64,000 nucleotides of DNA from Waterburya sp. (GCA_965217895.1 CBDCJV010000002.1:192001-256000); one strand, 5' to 3'. Shown: positions 28,063-38,908, numbered from the stretch's first letter. The notes: generated by a model not told the origin, from the letters alone. Numbers and translations: made by a program.

Positions 28063-29337
28063 TTAAGCATCATACCTGCGAGGTATTTCTATAGTAAAGG
28101 TCGAACCTTCATTCAGCTTGCTTTCTAGGTTAATTTTGCCACCCATCATCGTCACTAAAGACTGGCTAATAGCCAAACCTAAGCCTGTCCCTGCGTGTTG
28201 ACGGGTGAAACCTTGATCTGCCTGGCGAAAAGCCTGAAATACCTTCTCTCGATCTGCTGGAGCGATGCCAATTCCTGTATCCGTAATGGCGATCGCAATT
28301 TTGTCTGGGTCTAGTTCCCAAACCTTAATTTTTACTGTTCCTATGTCGGTAAATTTTATGGCGTTAGAAACTAGATTAACGATAATTCTTCTAATAAAAT
28401 TGGCATCCTGAACAACATAGGAATCTTTCAACTTTACTTCTGCTGTTAACGCAAGCTGTTTTTGAGCAGCCAAAGAGCATATCTCTTTAATAGATAAATT
28501 AACTAGATTGGCTAGATTGAATCTTTGGGGTTTAATTTCTAGTCTGCCTGCCTCTAGCTTAGAAAAGTCCAGCATTTCATTGATCATATCTAACAAATTT
28601 TTACTGTTGTTAAAAATGCGCTGAATAAGATTTTGCTGTTGCTCAGACAGTGAATTGTCATATTGACGTAATAAAAGCTGAGAAAAGCCCATAATAGAGT
28701 TCATGGGAGTCCGCAATTCGTGGGACATGGTTGCCAAAAACTCGGACTTAAGCTTAGAGGTTTCTTGTAGCTGGATATTCTGAAGCTTAATTTGTTCTTG
28801 CTGCCTTTCTAATTCTTGATTTTTGAACACTAATAATTCATTACTAATCCGCAGACGTTTATTTGCCAATTCAACTGCCAGTTCTGCTTTATGAATCCGA
28901 ACAGCACTATTTATTGCCTTAGCCAAACTTCCTGGTTCAATTTTGGCTTTTGATAAGTAATCTGCTGCTCCTGCCTTCATGATCTCGACGGCAATTTCTT
29001 CATCTCCTTGTCCCGTCAAAACTATGACAGGCAAATATAGACTAAGAGCTTTAATTTGAGACAGTAAATGTAAGCCATCAATATCTGGCAAACGATAATC
29101 GAGTAATACTAAATCAAAACTATGTTCGATATGATTTGAAGCTGAGTTGGAACAATTAGTTGGGACAACATCGTCAGAATTTTGCTTGACCTCTAGCTGA
29201 GATATGGCATCTGCGCCATTTTTAGCCTCAGTCAAACTGGCTGTCAAACCAGCTTTGCTTAAAGCTCGTCTAACCGCTAGGCGATCAACTTCGTCATCGT
29301 CAACCAACAATATAGAAAATCGTTCTTCACTCATCAC
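28063..29337 (-). CDS. Hybrid receiver-histidine kinase
   Basis: REC (LLDYRLP), MSHELRTPM, NAIKFT and GTGLGL. Confidence 0.93.
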   Translation of the reverse strand: MMSEERFSILLVDDDEVDRLAVRRALSKAGLTASLTEAKNGADAISQLEVKQNSDDVVPTNCSNSASNHIEHSFDLVLLDYRLPDIDGLHLLSQIKALSLYLPVIVLTGQGDEEIAVEIMKAGAADYLSKAKIEPGSLAKAINSAVRIHKAELAVELANKRLRISNELLVFKNQELERQQEQIKLQNIQLQETSKLKSEFLATMSHELRTPMNSIMGFSQLLLRQYDNSLSEQQQNLIQRIFNNSKNLLDMINEMLDFSKLEAGRLEIKPQRFNLANLVNLSIKEICSLAAQKQLALTAEVKLKDSYVVQDANFIRRIIVNLVSNAIKFTDIGTVKIKVWELDPDKIAIAITDTGIGIAPADREKVFQAFRQADQGFTRQHAGTGLGLAISQSLVTMMGGKINLESKLNEGSTFTIEIPRRYDA

Positions 29338-29350
29338 TTATCATTCACTA

Positions 29351-29779
29351 TTATGGCATCTCGCATAAAGTCCAATACTTATTGAGGGCAACCATCACCT
29401 CAGCAAAATTTGAAAAAGTGACTGGCTTGAGAATATAACCAGCAACATTTAGGTTGTAGGCTTCGATTCTATCTCTATCCTCATCAGAAGTAGTTAAAAC
29501 AATTACAGGGGTGCGCTTTAACTTTTCATCATTTCTCAGTTCTTGCAAAAATTCTAGACCATTCATCTTCGGCATATTTAGGTCTAGTAAAATTAATCTT
29601 CTGGTATCTGGTACGGTCGGCTGCCCATTTTGCGATCGCAACATTTCTAAACCCTCTAAGCCATTTCCTGCAACGTATAAGGGGTTAGATATTTTAGATT
29701 TTTTGAATGCCCGCTTAACATTCATTACATCAACCTCGTCGTCCTCCACCAATAAGATATTAATTACTTTACTTTCCAT
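29351..29779 (-). CDS. Single-domain response regulator (Rcp1-like)
   Basis: LLVEDD, LLDLNMP, VLTTS, KP and YW end. Confidence 0.93.
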   Translation of the reverse strand: MESKVINILLVEDDEVDVMNVKRAFKKSKISNPLYVAGNGLEGLEMLRSQNGQPTVPDTRRLILLDLNMPKMNGLEFLQELRNDEKLKRTPVIVLTTSDEDRDRIEAYNLNVAGYILKPVTFSNFAEVMVALNKYWTLCEMP

Positions 29780-30255
29780 ACCTGTCTTTGCTTTTGGTTA
29801 ATCATTGAATTTATAGTCACTTTGAGTTTTTGACTTAATTAAAATTAGGTTTATACTCTTTTAAAAGTCAAATTTGCTATACTATGAAAATTTCTTATAT
29901 TAATATTATTTATCATTATCTATAGTAATTCTTCCGCTCGTAGTTAATGTCTATTGAAAGTTATAGATCGTTAGGTGTAGTCAAAAGTTCTGTAGGGGCG
30001 AATAGCAGTTCGCCCCTACAGAAGTCAAAAGTTTTTAATTTTTAGGGTTTTTTAAAAATGGTTAGTTTGCTAAAGGCTAAAAGCTAAGAGCTAAAAGCTA
30101 AGAGCTAAGAGCTACGAACAATATTACTAACGGTTTCCTAACTTAAGTCAGCAACGTTAACTAAAAGATATACTTCTAAAGAAAGATGTTATCAATATTC
30201 AAATATTGCATAGTCTAAAAGGCATAGGTAAAAAATATTTTTTATTAAATTTAGA

Positions 30256-30993
30256 ATGAGCAAGATTAGTGTCGTCTTAATTGAAGATCATGACTTAAGC
30301 CGAATCGGTCTGTGTGCAGCCCTCAAGCAATACTCAGATATAGAAATTATTAATAATGCTGCAAATGGCGAAGACGGCTTCAAAAAGGTGACGACTCATC
30401 AACCTGATGTTGCTTTAGTGGATATAGGTTTACCCGACATTGACGGCATTGAGGTAGCTCAAAAACTCAAGCAGTACCAAGCAGAAAATTCTGACTTCAA
30501 TACTAAAATATTGATGTTGACCATGCACGATAGCGAAGATTCAGTGATGGCTGCTTTCGCTGCTGGGGCTGATTCCTATAGCCTCAAAGATGTGAGCATG
30601 GACAATCTGGTGGAGGCAATTCGCACCACTCACGAAGGAAACGCCTGGATCGATCCAGCGATCGCTCGTATTGTGCTTAAGCAGGCTCAATCTACCAAAG
30701 ATACTAGCGCAACCGTGGCTGAAAATATTCCTCAAGCTGAAGATGATACTCAAGCTATTACTGCTATAGCTGAAGAATATCAGCAGCTAATTGAAACTTA
30801 TCCGCTCACCGACAGAGAATTAGAAGTGTTGGAATTAATTGTAGCTGGCTGTAGCAACGCAGAGATATCAGCCAAGCTATATATTACCGTAGGCACAGTT
30901 AAAACTCATGTATGTCATATCCTTAACAAGCTGTGTGCTGATGACCGAACCCAAGCAGCGGTTAGAGCTTTACGGGCAGGGTTGGTTAAGTAA
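30256..30993 (+). CDS. orrA: NarL/LuxR-family response regulator, OrrA-like
   Basis: IEDHDLSRIGL, AAFAAGADSY, WIDPAIA and a LuxR HTH (LTDRELEVL..TVKTHV..DRTQAAVRALR). Divergent from a hybrid-kinase cluster, as I recall for Anabaena orrA. Confidence 0.75.
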   Translation: MSKISVVLIEDHDLSRIGLCAALKQYSDIEIINNAANGEDGFKKVTTHQPDVALVDIGLPDIDGIEVAQKLKQYQAENSDFNTKILMLTMHDSEDSVMAAFAAGADSYSLKDVSMDNLVEAIRTTHEGNAWIDPAIARIVLKQAQSTKDTSATVAENIPQAEDDTQAITAIAEEYQQLIETYPLTDRELEVLELIVAGCSNAEISAKLYITVGTVKTHVCHILNKLCADDRTQAAVRALRAGLVK

Positions 30994-31068
30994 CTGGTAT
31001 TACGCATTAATTGATCTCTAAAGATTAGGTAGAGGGTAGTGGGTAATAACTTATAATAACTTATCTGT

Positions 31069-31189
31069 GGCGTTGCCGAATCGAGGGATGAATTATAAAA
31101 GTTTTAATTTAATACACGTCTGAAAAAGCTAAGAGCTAAAAGCTACGAACAGATTACTTATCAGTTTCATACTTTAAATCAGCAACGCC
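31069..31189. repeat. GGCGTTGC-ended MITE
   Basis: GGCGTTGCCGAAT..ATGAA / TTCAT..AATCAGCAACGCC ends with internal AGCTAA heptamers. Confidence 0.65.
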
Positions 31190-31318
31190 GAAAAATCTAT
31201 CATCAGAAGGATTTGCTTTATCTTCCTAAATCTATAAAAAGAAAGATGCAGTAGATAAGATTGGTGATATAAAATTAGTAGTCAATTGAAATAAAAAATA
31301 ACAAGGAAAATTAATTTT

Positions 31319-31501
31319 ATGAATCTTTTACTACAGATTGCCAACGCCGAGCCTCACTTTCCTTACCTAGCAGCAGGAGCATTGGTTGTAGGCTTTGTTG
31401 CTGCGGTGAGCATTGGTTCTATTGCTTGGTATAATTCTAAACGTCCTGCTGGCTGGGAAGATAAAGAGCGTCCTGATATTGTTCCCAAGGTTGACAAGTA
31501 A
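31319..31501 (+). CDS. psb35: Small single-TM protein, Psb35-like
   Basis: GFVAAVSIGSIAWYNSKRPAGWE signature. Confidence 0.65.
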   Translation: MNLLLQIANAEPHFPYLAAGALVVGFVAAVSIGSIAWYNSKRPAGWEDKERPDIVPKVDK

Positions 31502-31563
31502 TCGTCGCCAAACCTTTGGTACTCTTAATGTACTATTATAACAAAATTTAAGAGGAAAATGAC

Positions 31564-31869
31564 ATGGAAAACAAAACGCCCAACGACGCTAACTATGACC
31601 GCGGTATTACCTCCGCAGAAACAGCAGCCAGAATGGAAAGAGAGGGAAAAGACTTTAAAGATACTTCTCAAGGTGAAGGCGATTTAGATGCAACTGATGG
31701 TCAAACAGTAGACAGAGAAGGTTTAGCTAATAATTATGCTGTTGAGCCTGAGATGTATATTGATGAACCAGGCGACTTGCGAGAAAAGCAAGAAGCAGAG
31801 AAACAAGAACGTGCCGAAGAATTAGAAGATATTAATACACCTGGCGGTAAAGGCACGGGTATCATCTAG
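31564..31869 (+). CDS. Acidic hydrophilic hypothetical protein
   Basis: AGAGGA RBS; contains EGLANNYAVEPEMY. Confidence 0.75.
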   Translation: MENKTPNDANYDRGITSAETAARMEREGKDFKDTSQGEGDLDATDGQTVDREGLANNYAVEPEMYIDEPGDLREKQEAEKQERAEELEDINTPGGKGTGII

Positions 31870-32221
31870 GGAATCTAAATGATGGTAGGTACATTTTGTT
31901 TACCGACATTGGCATCAAGTTGTCTGTAATGTAGGAATATCAAAGGTAAAACTATCTTTGAGACATTTATTAAAATTTGGTTTTTGATCGCAGCCTCGGA
32001 AATTTTGGTTTCTGAGGTTTTTTAATTATCGGCATGACAGATATATCTGTAAACTAATAACTTAATACTAAATCCTGTTGAAGTAGGTTACTTGACTGTT
32101 AGATAGTAGGTAGTTTTCTTTGACCACAAACGACAAACTACTAACTACGAACTTATTGTTGAAGATACTTTTACCAATTCGATTTAGTATGAGTTTGATT
32201 ATGTATTTTTAAAATAATTAA

Positions 32222-33106
32222 TTGTTATTGGTGAGTATGAGCAATACAGTTTGGGAATTAGATTTTTATTCACGTCCAATTTTAGATGAGGAGGGAAAAA
32301 AGCTCTGGGAATTACTAATCTGTGAAAGTTCTGACGATATTGAGCGATCGCCTGATACTCTGTTTAAATATGCTCAATATTGTTCGAGTAAAACGGTTAA
32401 CTCCTTGTGGTTGAAAGAAGCCATTGAAAAAGCGATCGCTCTTGCCGAAACCACTCCTAAAAAAATTCGCTTTTTTCGCCGTCAGATGAATAATATGATC
32501 GTTAAAGCCTGCAACGAGGTGGGCATAAATCCCGTCCCTAGCCGTCGCACCTATGCTCTTAACAAATGGCTGGAAGAACGAATCAAAGATGTCTATCCCC
32601 AAGAATCAGGATTCGATCTCAATACTGCCAATACCCCTTCCGTGCAGTATCCGCCCCTAAATGCTATTTCTTTACCCGATGCTGTCAAGGGAGATCAAGG
32701 AGATAAATGGCTTTTTGTGAGCCTCAGCGCAACGGATTTTAATGACATGAAAGAATGGGATATTGATTTTCAAGAATCCTTTGCTCTTTCTCTGCTTAAT
32801 ATTGCCTCAGATACTATTATTCCTGGCTTAATTATCTATTCTCCCCGCGCTACACCTTTAGCTGCTTGGATGTCTGGTTTAGAAATGGGTTATTTAAACT
32901 TAGAAAAAGATATGCGCCCCCAGTTGCGTTTAGAGACTGGATTGAGCGATAGCTGGACGCTAGTTAATTTGACCAACAAAGAAACTGTCAAACAAGCAGA
33001 AGATTTTGAAAAAGCCAAACAAAAAGCGGCTGGGGTTCACTTTTTAGCTGTTCAATCATCTCCTAATTCTGAATCCTTTGCAGGATTCTGGCTGCTTAAA
33101 GAGTAG
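32222..33106 (+). CDS. Tab2/Atab2-family RNA-binding protein (start probably ATG 32238)
   Basis: WELDFYSRP..KLWELLIC, IRFFRRQM and FAGFWLL. Confidence 0.9.
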   Translation: MLLVSMSNTVWELDFYSRPILDEEGKKLWELLICESSDDIERSPDTLFKYAQYCSSKTVNSLWLKEAIEKAIALAETTPKKIRFFRRQMNNMIVKACNEVGINPVPSRRTYALNKWLEERIKDVYPQESGFDLNTANTPSVQYPPLNAISLPDAVKGDQGDKWLFVSLSATDFNDMKEWDIDFQESFALSLLNIASDTIIPGLIIYSPRATPLAAWMSGLEMGYLNLEKDMRPQLRLETGLSDSWTLVNLTNKETVKQAEDFEKAKQKAAGVHFLAVQSSPNSESFAGFWLLKE

Positions 33107-33347
33107 TATTCTACCTTTGGTGAACAAGAGTATCGCAGCACGTTGACTGGTTAGGACAAAAAAATGAACTGCTCGTAAATAAAAGTAACGAGTAACGAGT
33201 AGCAGATGTCCTAATACAAGTACATATTGCTGTATGTATTATTTCCAAAAATTCAAATTATGAACTAAGTTTTGCTCGCCTAATACTTCTCGGTTAATAA
33301 TTGCGCTTGGTAGATCTCAGTTTGGGTAATGAATAATGATTACCTAC

Positions 33348-33455
33348 TAAGTGGGTGGGTGAAATTAAATGTAAAACAAGCATAAGCAAAATATTACTTT
33401 TTACTTCTTACTTTTTACGAAGACTATCTTCTAATTAATTTCACCCACCTACTTA
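33348..33455. mobile_element. TAAGTRGGTGGG-type MITE
   Basis: Inverted ends TAAGTGGGTGGGTGAAATTA / TAATTTCACCCACCTACTTA. Confidence 0.8.
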
Positions 33456-33498
33456 TCTGAGGATAAATCTTAAATGTTAATTGCTAAATGATACTAGG

Positions 33499-34035
33499 TT
33501 ACTTTGATTTGGAAGGAACTAGGCGTTTTTCAAGAGATTTGAGGCGTTGTTTAGCAGTATCGTTTTCAGGATTGTATTTGATAGCTTCTCTATAGGTTTC
33601 TACCGCTTTAACGATCATCTGCTTTTTCTCATAGACATTGCCCAAATTGTTTAGAGCAATCACATATTCTGGATATAGCTTTAGTGCCTCTTTATATTCT
33701 CTGATAGCAATGTCGTATTGTTCTTGAGCAAAATAAGCATAGCCCATGGCGTTGTGAATCAAAGCTTGGTTTTCTGCTGGTAGTTCCTTGTCTGCTTTCA
33801 ACGCTTTTTTGAGCAAGTTAAGAGATTGAATAAACAGTTTTTTATCTAAATAAAGACTACCTAGTTCGTAATATTCTTCAGCAGTGCCTTTTTCGTTTTT
33901 AAGTTTACTTTGTAGACGAGAGAAAGTGGTTTCTTGCTTACGAGTTCTAATTACTTCGCGCAAAATATAAATAGCAGCGAAAACAAGTACGGCAAGTAAA
34001 GCGGAGATATATATTACAGGTAGATTCTCATTCAT
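33499..34035 (-). CDS. ycf37: TPR protein with N-terminal TM helix (Ycf37-like)
   Basis: LPVIYISALL TM helix, YYELGSLY, NAMGYAYF and ALNNLGNVYE. Confidence 0.75.
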   Translation of the reverse strand: MNENLPVIYISALLAVLVFAAIYILREVIRTRKQETTFSRLQSKLKNEKGTAEEYYELGSLYLDKKLFIQSLNLLKKALKADKELPAENQALIHNAMGYAYFAQEQYDIAIREYKEALKLYPEYVIALNNLGNVYEKKQMIVKAVETYREAIKYNPENDTAKQRLKSLEKRLVPSKSK

Positions 34036-34193
34036 GAGCGATCGCAGTATGGTTTATTTTGTCAACTTAATATTTATGATTACTGTAATTTTCACACATC
34101 TATTGATTTAAAATACCCAACAGTTAACAAAATTTTGGATGTTTTTGATTTATTTGCTATTTTTGCTCTTAATCGCTGATCAATAATCAGTAG

Positions 34194-34664
34194 TTACTCT
34201 AGCAGTTTCCAATCAGAAAAAGTGGCTGCCTGCCCACACTTTTTACCAAATTCGTCAGTTAAATTCCAGATTATCGCCTGTTCGATGAGGAATCTTTGAC
34301 CAGTAAGAGAAATACGTATTCCCTGATAATTATCAATATATCCCTGCTTTGCTGCTTGCTCTAGCATTTGCGCTCTGACAGATCGATTTAAAGCTTCGGC
34401 AGTAAGACGAGAAGGGGTTTTAATAAGTTCATCCCAACTTATCGACCACAGTTGCAGAGCCATTTGATTGCCGTAATTTAAAATAGGATCTGCTTGAGTT
34501 CCATGCGAAACCACTACAAAAGGTGCATGAAATAACTTTTGAGCTAATTGTTCTGGTGTATTTGCAGACGCAACCAAGTCTTTTTCTAGCAATTGCCTAA
34601 AATTTCTAGTCAAAATTTGACTCCAGTGAATAATTTCTGGCTGTTGCCAAATTGAGTGAGACAT
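34194..34664 (-). CDS. MEKHLA-domain protein
   Basis: APFVVVSHGTQADPILNYGN, PSRLTAE, YQGIRIS and GQAATF. Confidence 0.9.
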   Translation of the reverse strand: MSHSIWQQPEIIHWSQILTRNFRQLLEKDLVASANTPEQLAQKLFHAPFVVVSHGTQADPILNYGNQMALQLWSISWDELIKTPSRLTAEALNRSVRAQMLEQAAKQGYIDNYQGIRISLTGQRFLIEQAIIWNLTDEFGKKCGQAATFSDWKLLE

Positions 34665-35043
34665 CTTTAAACTTTCAATACTTCTTGGTTAACAATTGCG
34701 CTCGGTAAATCTTAGTTTGGGTAATGATCATTGGTGGCAAGTCAAAAAGTATTGCTCAAACTCCAGTTTCAAGATCACATAGGAAGTTTATCGCCATAAA
34801 AATAGAGACGTTAAATTTAACGTCTCTAAAACAATAACTATAAAGGAATATGTCAAACTACTCAAAAACTGTTTGTCAAATCTGGAAATTACTCCGCCCG
34901 CCAGTAAATGTTGAGCATGGGGAGGTAAAGACGATGAAATAGAAACTTTACTACCCCAGTACCCCAAATACTTCAATGCTCAAAGTAAGAGGATTTTATT
35001 TTTTTTCTACAAACAATCTCCCAATTGGTCGGTGCGCTTAATA

Positions 35044-35322
35044 TTAAGCAGCTCGACGGGTAATTAGACCCCAGATAAAGATAAGTAGCATTGCGCCTAA
35101 TACAGCAAAGATAACGCCAGGAATTGTCAAGGCACCTACAGAAGCTGCTCCCGCCCCTGAGCCACTACCCAGCAACATTGAACCAAGGTATCCTCCAACT
35201 AAGGCACCTAAGATTCCTAAGCCCAGTGTGGCAAAAATACCGCCACCTTGATGTCCAGGATAGATTAGTTTTGCTAATGCACCTGCAATTAATCCTAAAA
35301 CTAACCAAGCTATAATACCCAT
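35044..35322 (-). CDS. GlsB/YeaQ/YmgE-family stress membrane protein
   Basis: IIAWLVLGLIAGALAKLIYPG..GILGALVGG. Confidence 0.9.
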   Translation of the reverse strand: MGIIAWLVLGLIAGALAKLIYPGHQGGGIFATLGLGILGALVGGYLGSMLLGSGSGAGAASVGALTIPGVIFAVLGAMLLIFIWGLITRRAA

Positions 35323-35562
35323 GTTTTGCTCCTAAAAAATTTATTTATTTATTTTACTTGTTGAAATTAGAATATCCGTTATTTCGATCTTATTCGTCTA
35401 TCTAATGACGTATTTAATTTATACATCTAATTAAATACAACAATGTGCCAGCTTAAGATAAGTTAAAGAAAGCCAGCCTATTTTTTACTGGGCTGGCTAT
35501 TATTTTTTAAATGGAATTGTTTAACTTGCTAATCTCTGCCTGACAATTAACTAACTATTGGC

Positions 35563-36069
35563 TTAATCCAATAAATTAACTTTAACTACCTTGTTTTTCT
35601 CTTCTTCAGCTTTAGGTAGTGTTAGGTGAAGAATACCATCTTTATATTCAGCTTTAACCTCAGTATTTTGAATTCGCACAGGTAGAGAAATTACTCTTTC
35701 AAAACTACCATAGCCGAACTCAGAACGGGTTTTGTCTGCTAATTCTGCTTGAACTTCAGACTTGCGATCGCCTTTGATGGAGATACTTTTGGCTGTGGCT
35801 TCAATATCAATGTCTCCAGGCTGCATTCCTGGAACTTCTAACCTGAGAACTAATGCTTCTTCTGTCTCTATAAGTTCAGCAGCAGGGGGTTTATAAAAGT
35901 TAGCAAACTCGGCAAAAGTAGCAGGAGTTAAAGTATCATGGACGGCTGAAATGTTTGAGGCAACCTCAAACATCGCGTCCTCATCAAATATATGATTTAA
36001 TTGACGTCGAAAAGAGTTTATTTCTGTCCAAGGGTTACAACGAACAATTGCCATGTTTAATTTCTCCAA
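35563..36069 (-). CDS. Hsp20 small heat-shock protein with a 15-aa insertion
   Basis: PAAELIET, LEVPG, RSEFGYGSFERVISLP and YKDGILHLTLPK. Confidence 0.92.
   Translation of the reverse strand: MEKLNMAIVRCNPWTEINSFRRQLNHIFDEDAMFEVASNISAVHDTLTPATFAEFANFYKPPAAELIETEEALVLRLEVPGMQPGDIDIEATAKSISIKGDRKSEVQAELADKTRSEFGYGSFERVISLPVRIQNTEVKAEYKDGILHLTLPKAEEEKNKVVKVNLLD
35936..35983 (+). repeat. 45-bp TCA-flanked hairpin inserted in frame in hsp20
   Basis: TCA-T-GGACG..ATGTTTGAGG-CAA-CCTCAAACAT..CGTCC-TCA. Excision restores IFDDTLTP. Confidence 0.75.
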
Positions 36070-36258
36070 TGAATTCGTTTTTATTTTTTTCTAGCTTTAA
36101 TATGATCTTAGAAGAAACATTTAATGACTGTAAGTGTGGTTTGTTGCCTTTATTGGTAGCGTTTTCTGCCCGAACAAATATTCCTGGAAAACCGAATCTT
36201 TTTCATTATTAATTATTAGTTAAGGGCAATTCGCGAATTGCCCGTACAGTAATCGTTT

Positions 36259-37287
36259 TTAATCGCTGATAAATTCTCTGCTATCTATTTCTACAATAGT
36301 CTCAGATTCAGATTCGGATTCAGATGCAGCTTCTCTATTTTCTATTTGTATTCCTGCTAAATGTTCCAATCTTTCTTCGGCTTGAATAACTTCTTCCAAG
36401 GGAGTAAATACCGTCAAGCCTTCTGGTATACATTTAATCTCGATAGGAGTTGAACCAACTATTTCCCCATCTAAAACAACTTTTTGAGGTGGATTTGTAG
36501 TAACCTTGATCCATTTAGTTCGTAGATAGCCAACATCATCTCTTTCAGCAGCTTCGCCACTACTGGCACTCTGCAAAAGATGATAGGAAATTGCGATCGC
36601 TCCTGCTCTGCTTTCGGGAGCAATAATAGTGACATCTAGTAGCCCATCATCATAAACTACTCCTGCCGTGCCGTGCGCCAATACAGAGGTAGGGGGAGCA
36701 GCATTAGCAATAGTGATGGCATTAGCAGCTACCTTAATTACTTTGTCATCAGTTTCAATGGTAGCCTCAAACTTTTCAAATTCTCTTAGTTGCTTTAATC
36801 CTGATAGTACGTAGGCTAACATTCCTAAGCGATCTTTTGCCTCGCGATCGGCATCTTCTACGGTTTCAGCTTCAAAACCAATTCCCGCCAGCAAAATCAT
36901 TGGTTTATCGTTGCACATTGCTGCATCTACTTTTTTGGTAGCACCATCGACAATTACCTGACAGGCTGCTTCTATAGTGTCTGGGATACCTAAAGCGTTT
37001 GCAAAAGCATTTGCCGTGCCTCTGGCGATCGCACCCAAAGGAATATCTGTATCGATTAAAGCTTCAGCTACCATCGAAACCGTACCGTCTCCACCAGAGG
37101 CAATAATTATCTCTGCATTGTTTGCCACTGCTTTACGAGCTAGTTCACCACCGCTTATTTCTTTAGTGGTAAATTGTATATCAAGGTCGAATTCTGGCTC
37201 TAAAATGCGTTTAATCGTGGCTAAGTCCTGCTCTGAGTTGCCTTGTCCAGCAACAGGATTAAAAATCAAACAAGCTGAACGAGTCAT
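36259..37287 (-). CDS. YegS/BmrU-family lipid kinase
   Basis: IFNPVAG, SGGDGT, RGTANAFA and LDGE. Confidence 0.92.
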   Translation of the reverse strand: MTRSACLIFNPVAGQGNSEQDLATIKRILEPEFDLDIQFTTKEISGGELARKAVANNAEIIIASGGDGTVSMVAEALIDTDIPLGAIARGTANAFANALGIPDTIEAACQVIVDGATKKVDAAMCNDKPMILLAGIGFEAETVEDADREAKDRLGMLAYVLSGLKQLREFEKFEATIETDDKVIKVAANAITIANAAPPTSVLAHGTAGVVYDDGLLDVTIIAPESRAGAIAISYHLLQSASSGEAAERDDVGYLRTKWIKVTTNPPQKVVLDGEIVGSTPIEIKCIPEGLTVFTPLEEVIQAEERLEHLAGIQIENREAASESESESETIVEIDSREFISD

Positions 37288-37413
37288 AATATTAAATAAA
37301 ACATATAGATTTTTTCTACCCTAAATAATCTCCCCCAAAATTAGTTCTGTCTTAAGAGAGATAAACTAGTTGAGTCATTCTGATTTTTATGACTATAGTT
37401 AATTTTATTACTT

Positions 37414-38670
37414 TTAAACTAAATGATTGGAAGATTTGTTATATTCTTTTTCATCATTTTTGAGATTTTCATACCAAGCCATTAAAGGATAAGCACTAAT
37501 ACCGTGGACGATTATAGACAAGACAATTACGGTATAGGTAATCCAGGCAATTTCTTCGGCAACCTCTCCTTTAACTCCGTCGCCCAAAGCATAGGTCAGA
37601 TAATAAAGTGAACCCAAACCCTTAATGCCAAACCAACCCATAAGACTACGAGTTGTTTTTGGTAAACTTCCTCCTAACATACTTAGCCATACTCCAAAAG
37701 GACGAATAATCAAAAATAGCAACCCTGCAATTAATAAAGATTCTCCTGCATATTTCAACATCGGCTCAACTACTAAAATTGTGCCTAAAATGACGATCGC
37801 CGTTACTTCTAGGAGCTTTTCTATTTGTTCGGTAAATTCTAGCTGTGCCATGCGTTTATCTTGCTCGGCAAAGTAGGTGCGCTGCACCACTAAACCCGCC
37901 ACAAATACCGCCAAAAAGCCATAGCCATTAACTAATTCAGTTAGGGAGTAGGTTAATAAAATAATACTTATTGCCACAAAGTCTTCTAATAGTTCATCTG
38001 CTTGGCGACGTTTTTGGAGAGTGCGATCGACCCAGACTACTGCTTTTGCCACCACTATACCCATAATAATTCCTGCTGCGATCGCCCAAAGTAAATCAAT
38101 TGCTACCCAGCTTTTAAACCAGTTATCCCAATTAGGATCTTTGAACGCATAAATGCCAAAGTAAACAAAGGGAAACGCCAAAGAGTCATTTAAACCCCCT
38201 TCAGAAGTCAAGGCAAAGCGCAACTCATCTTTATCTTCTACGTGAGCAAGTTGTACCTCTGAAGCCAATACAGGGTCGGTAGGTGCTAGTATTGCCCCTA
38301 ACAACACCGCAGCCCCCCAACCCATACCTAAAATATAATGAGCAGCCAGCGTTAGGGCTAAAATAGAGATCGGCATTAGCAACCCAATTAATTTGATTGT
38401 CGATTGCCATGCCCAAAACTTTAAAGGGCGATTAATTTTAAGTCCACAGCCAAATACAGAGACAATGACGACAAATTCGGTTAATCTTTCTAAAAACTGG
38501 GTATCTGGTTTAATTTTGATTAATCCAAACCCATAAGAACCAAGTAAAATACCTACTACAAGGTAGATTAAAGCATAAGAAAGAGGTAGTCTTTTAATCC
38601 AGCCAGAACCTAGAGTTACTGCTAATAACAGCAAGCCGATAACTAACAGGCTGAGAATATAGGTGTGCAT
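37414..38670 (-). CDS. CPA1/NhaP-type cation:proton antiporter
   Basis: LAPTDPVLA, SEGGLND and WFGIKG; multiple TM segments. Confidence 0.9.
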   Translation of the reverse strand: MHTYILSLLVIGLLLLAVTLGSGWIKRLPLSYALIYLVVGILLGSYGFGLIKIKPDTQFLERLTEFVVIVSVFGCGLKINRPLKFWAWQSTIKLIGLLMPISILALTLAAHYILGMGWGAAVLLGAILAPTDPVLASEVQLAHVEDKDELRFALTSEGGLNDSLAFPFVYFGIYAFKDPNWDNWFKSWVAIDLLWAIAAGIIMGIVVAKAVVWVDRTLQKRRQADELLEDFVAISIILLTYSLTELVNGYGFLAVFVAGLVVQRTYFAEQDKRMAQLEFTEQIEKLLEVTAIVILGTILVVEPMLKYAGESLLIAGLLFLIIRPFGVWLSMLGGSLPKTTRSLMGWFGIKGLGSLYYLTYALGDGVKGEVAEEIAWITYTVIVLSIIVHGISAYPLMAWYENLKNDEKEYNKSSNHLV

Positions 38671-38908
38671 TATTATTGTTTTATTAAAGCAGCCTCAACT
38701 TAACTTAATGTTAAAAACGATTAAATCAATCGATCGCTAGATATTCAACTTAAGCGTTGGTAATTTGAAAATATGATTTTATAAAAGTCAATCTTGCGAA
38801 GGATACCAATTAGCATAAGATACTGGGTTAATAGATAGTTGAAGTCGAGAGATGCTTTCGGTCAGAAACCATCTCTGCCCTCGACAATAGCTCTTTGCAA
38901 GGGCGGCT

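Noticed and set aside
34788..34976. 62-aa ORF and neighbouring short ORFs (26838-27023, 43473-43667)
   Set aside because: They have non-ATG or weak starts, no motif, and lie in intergenic or repeat DNA.
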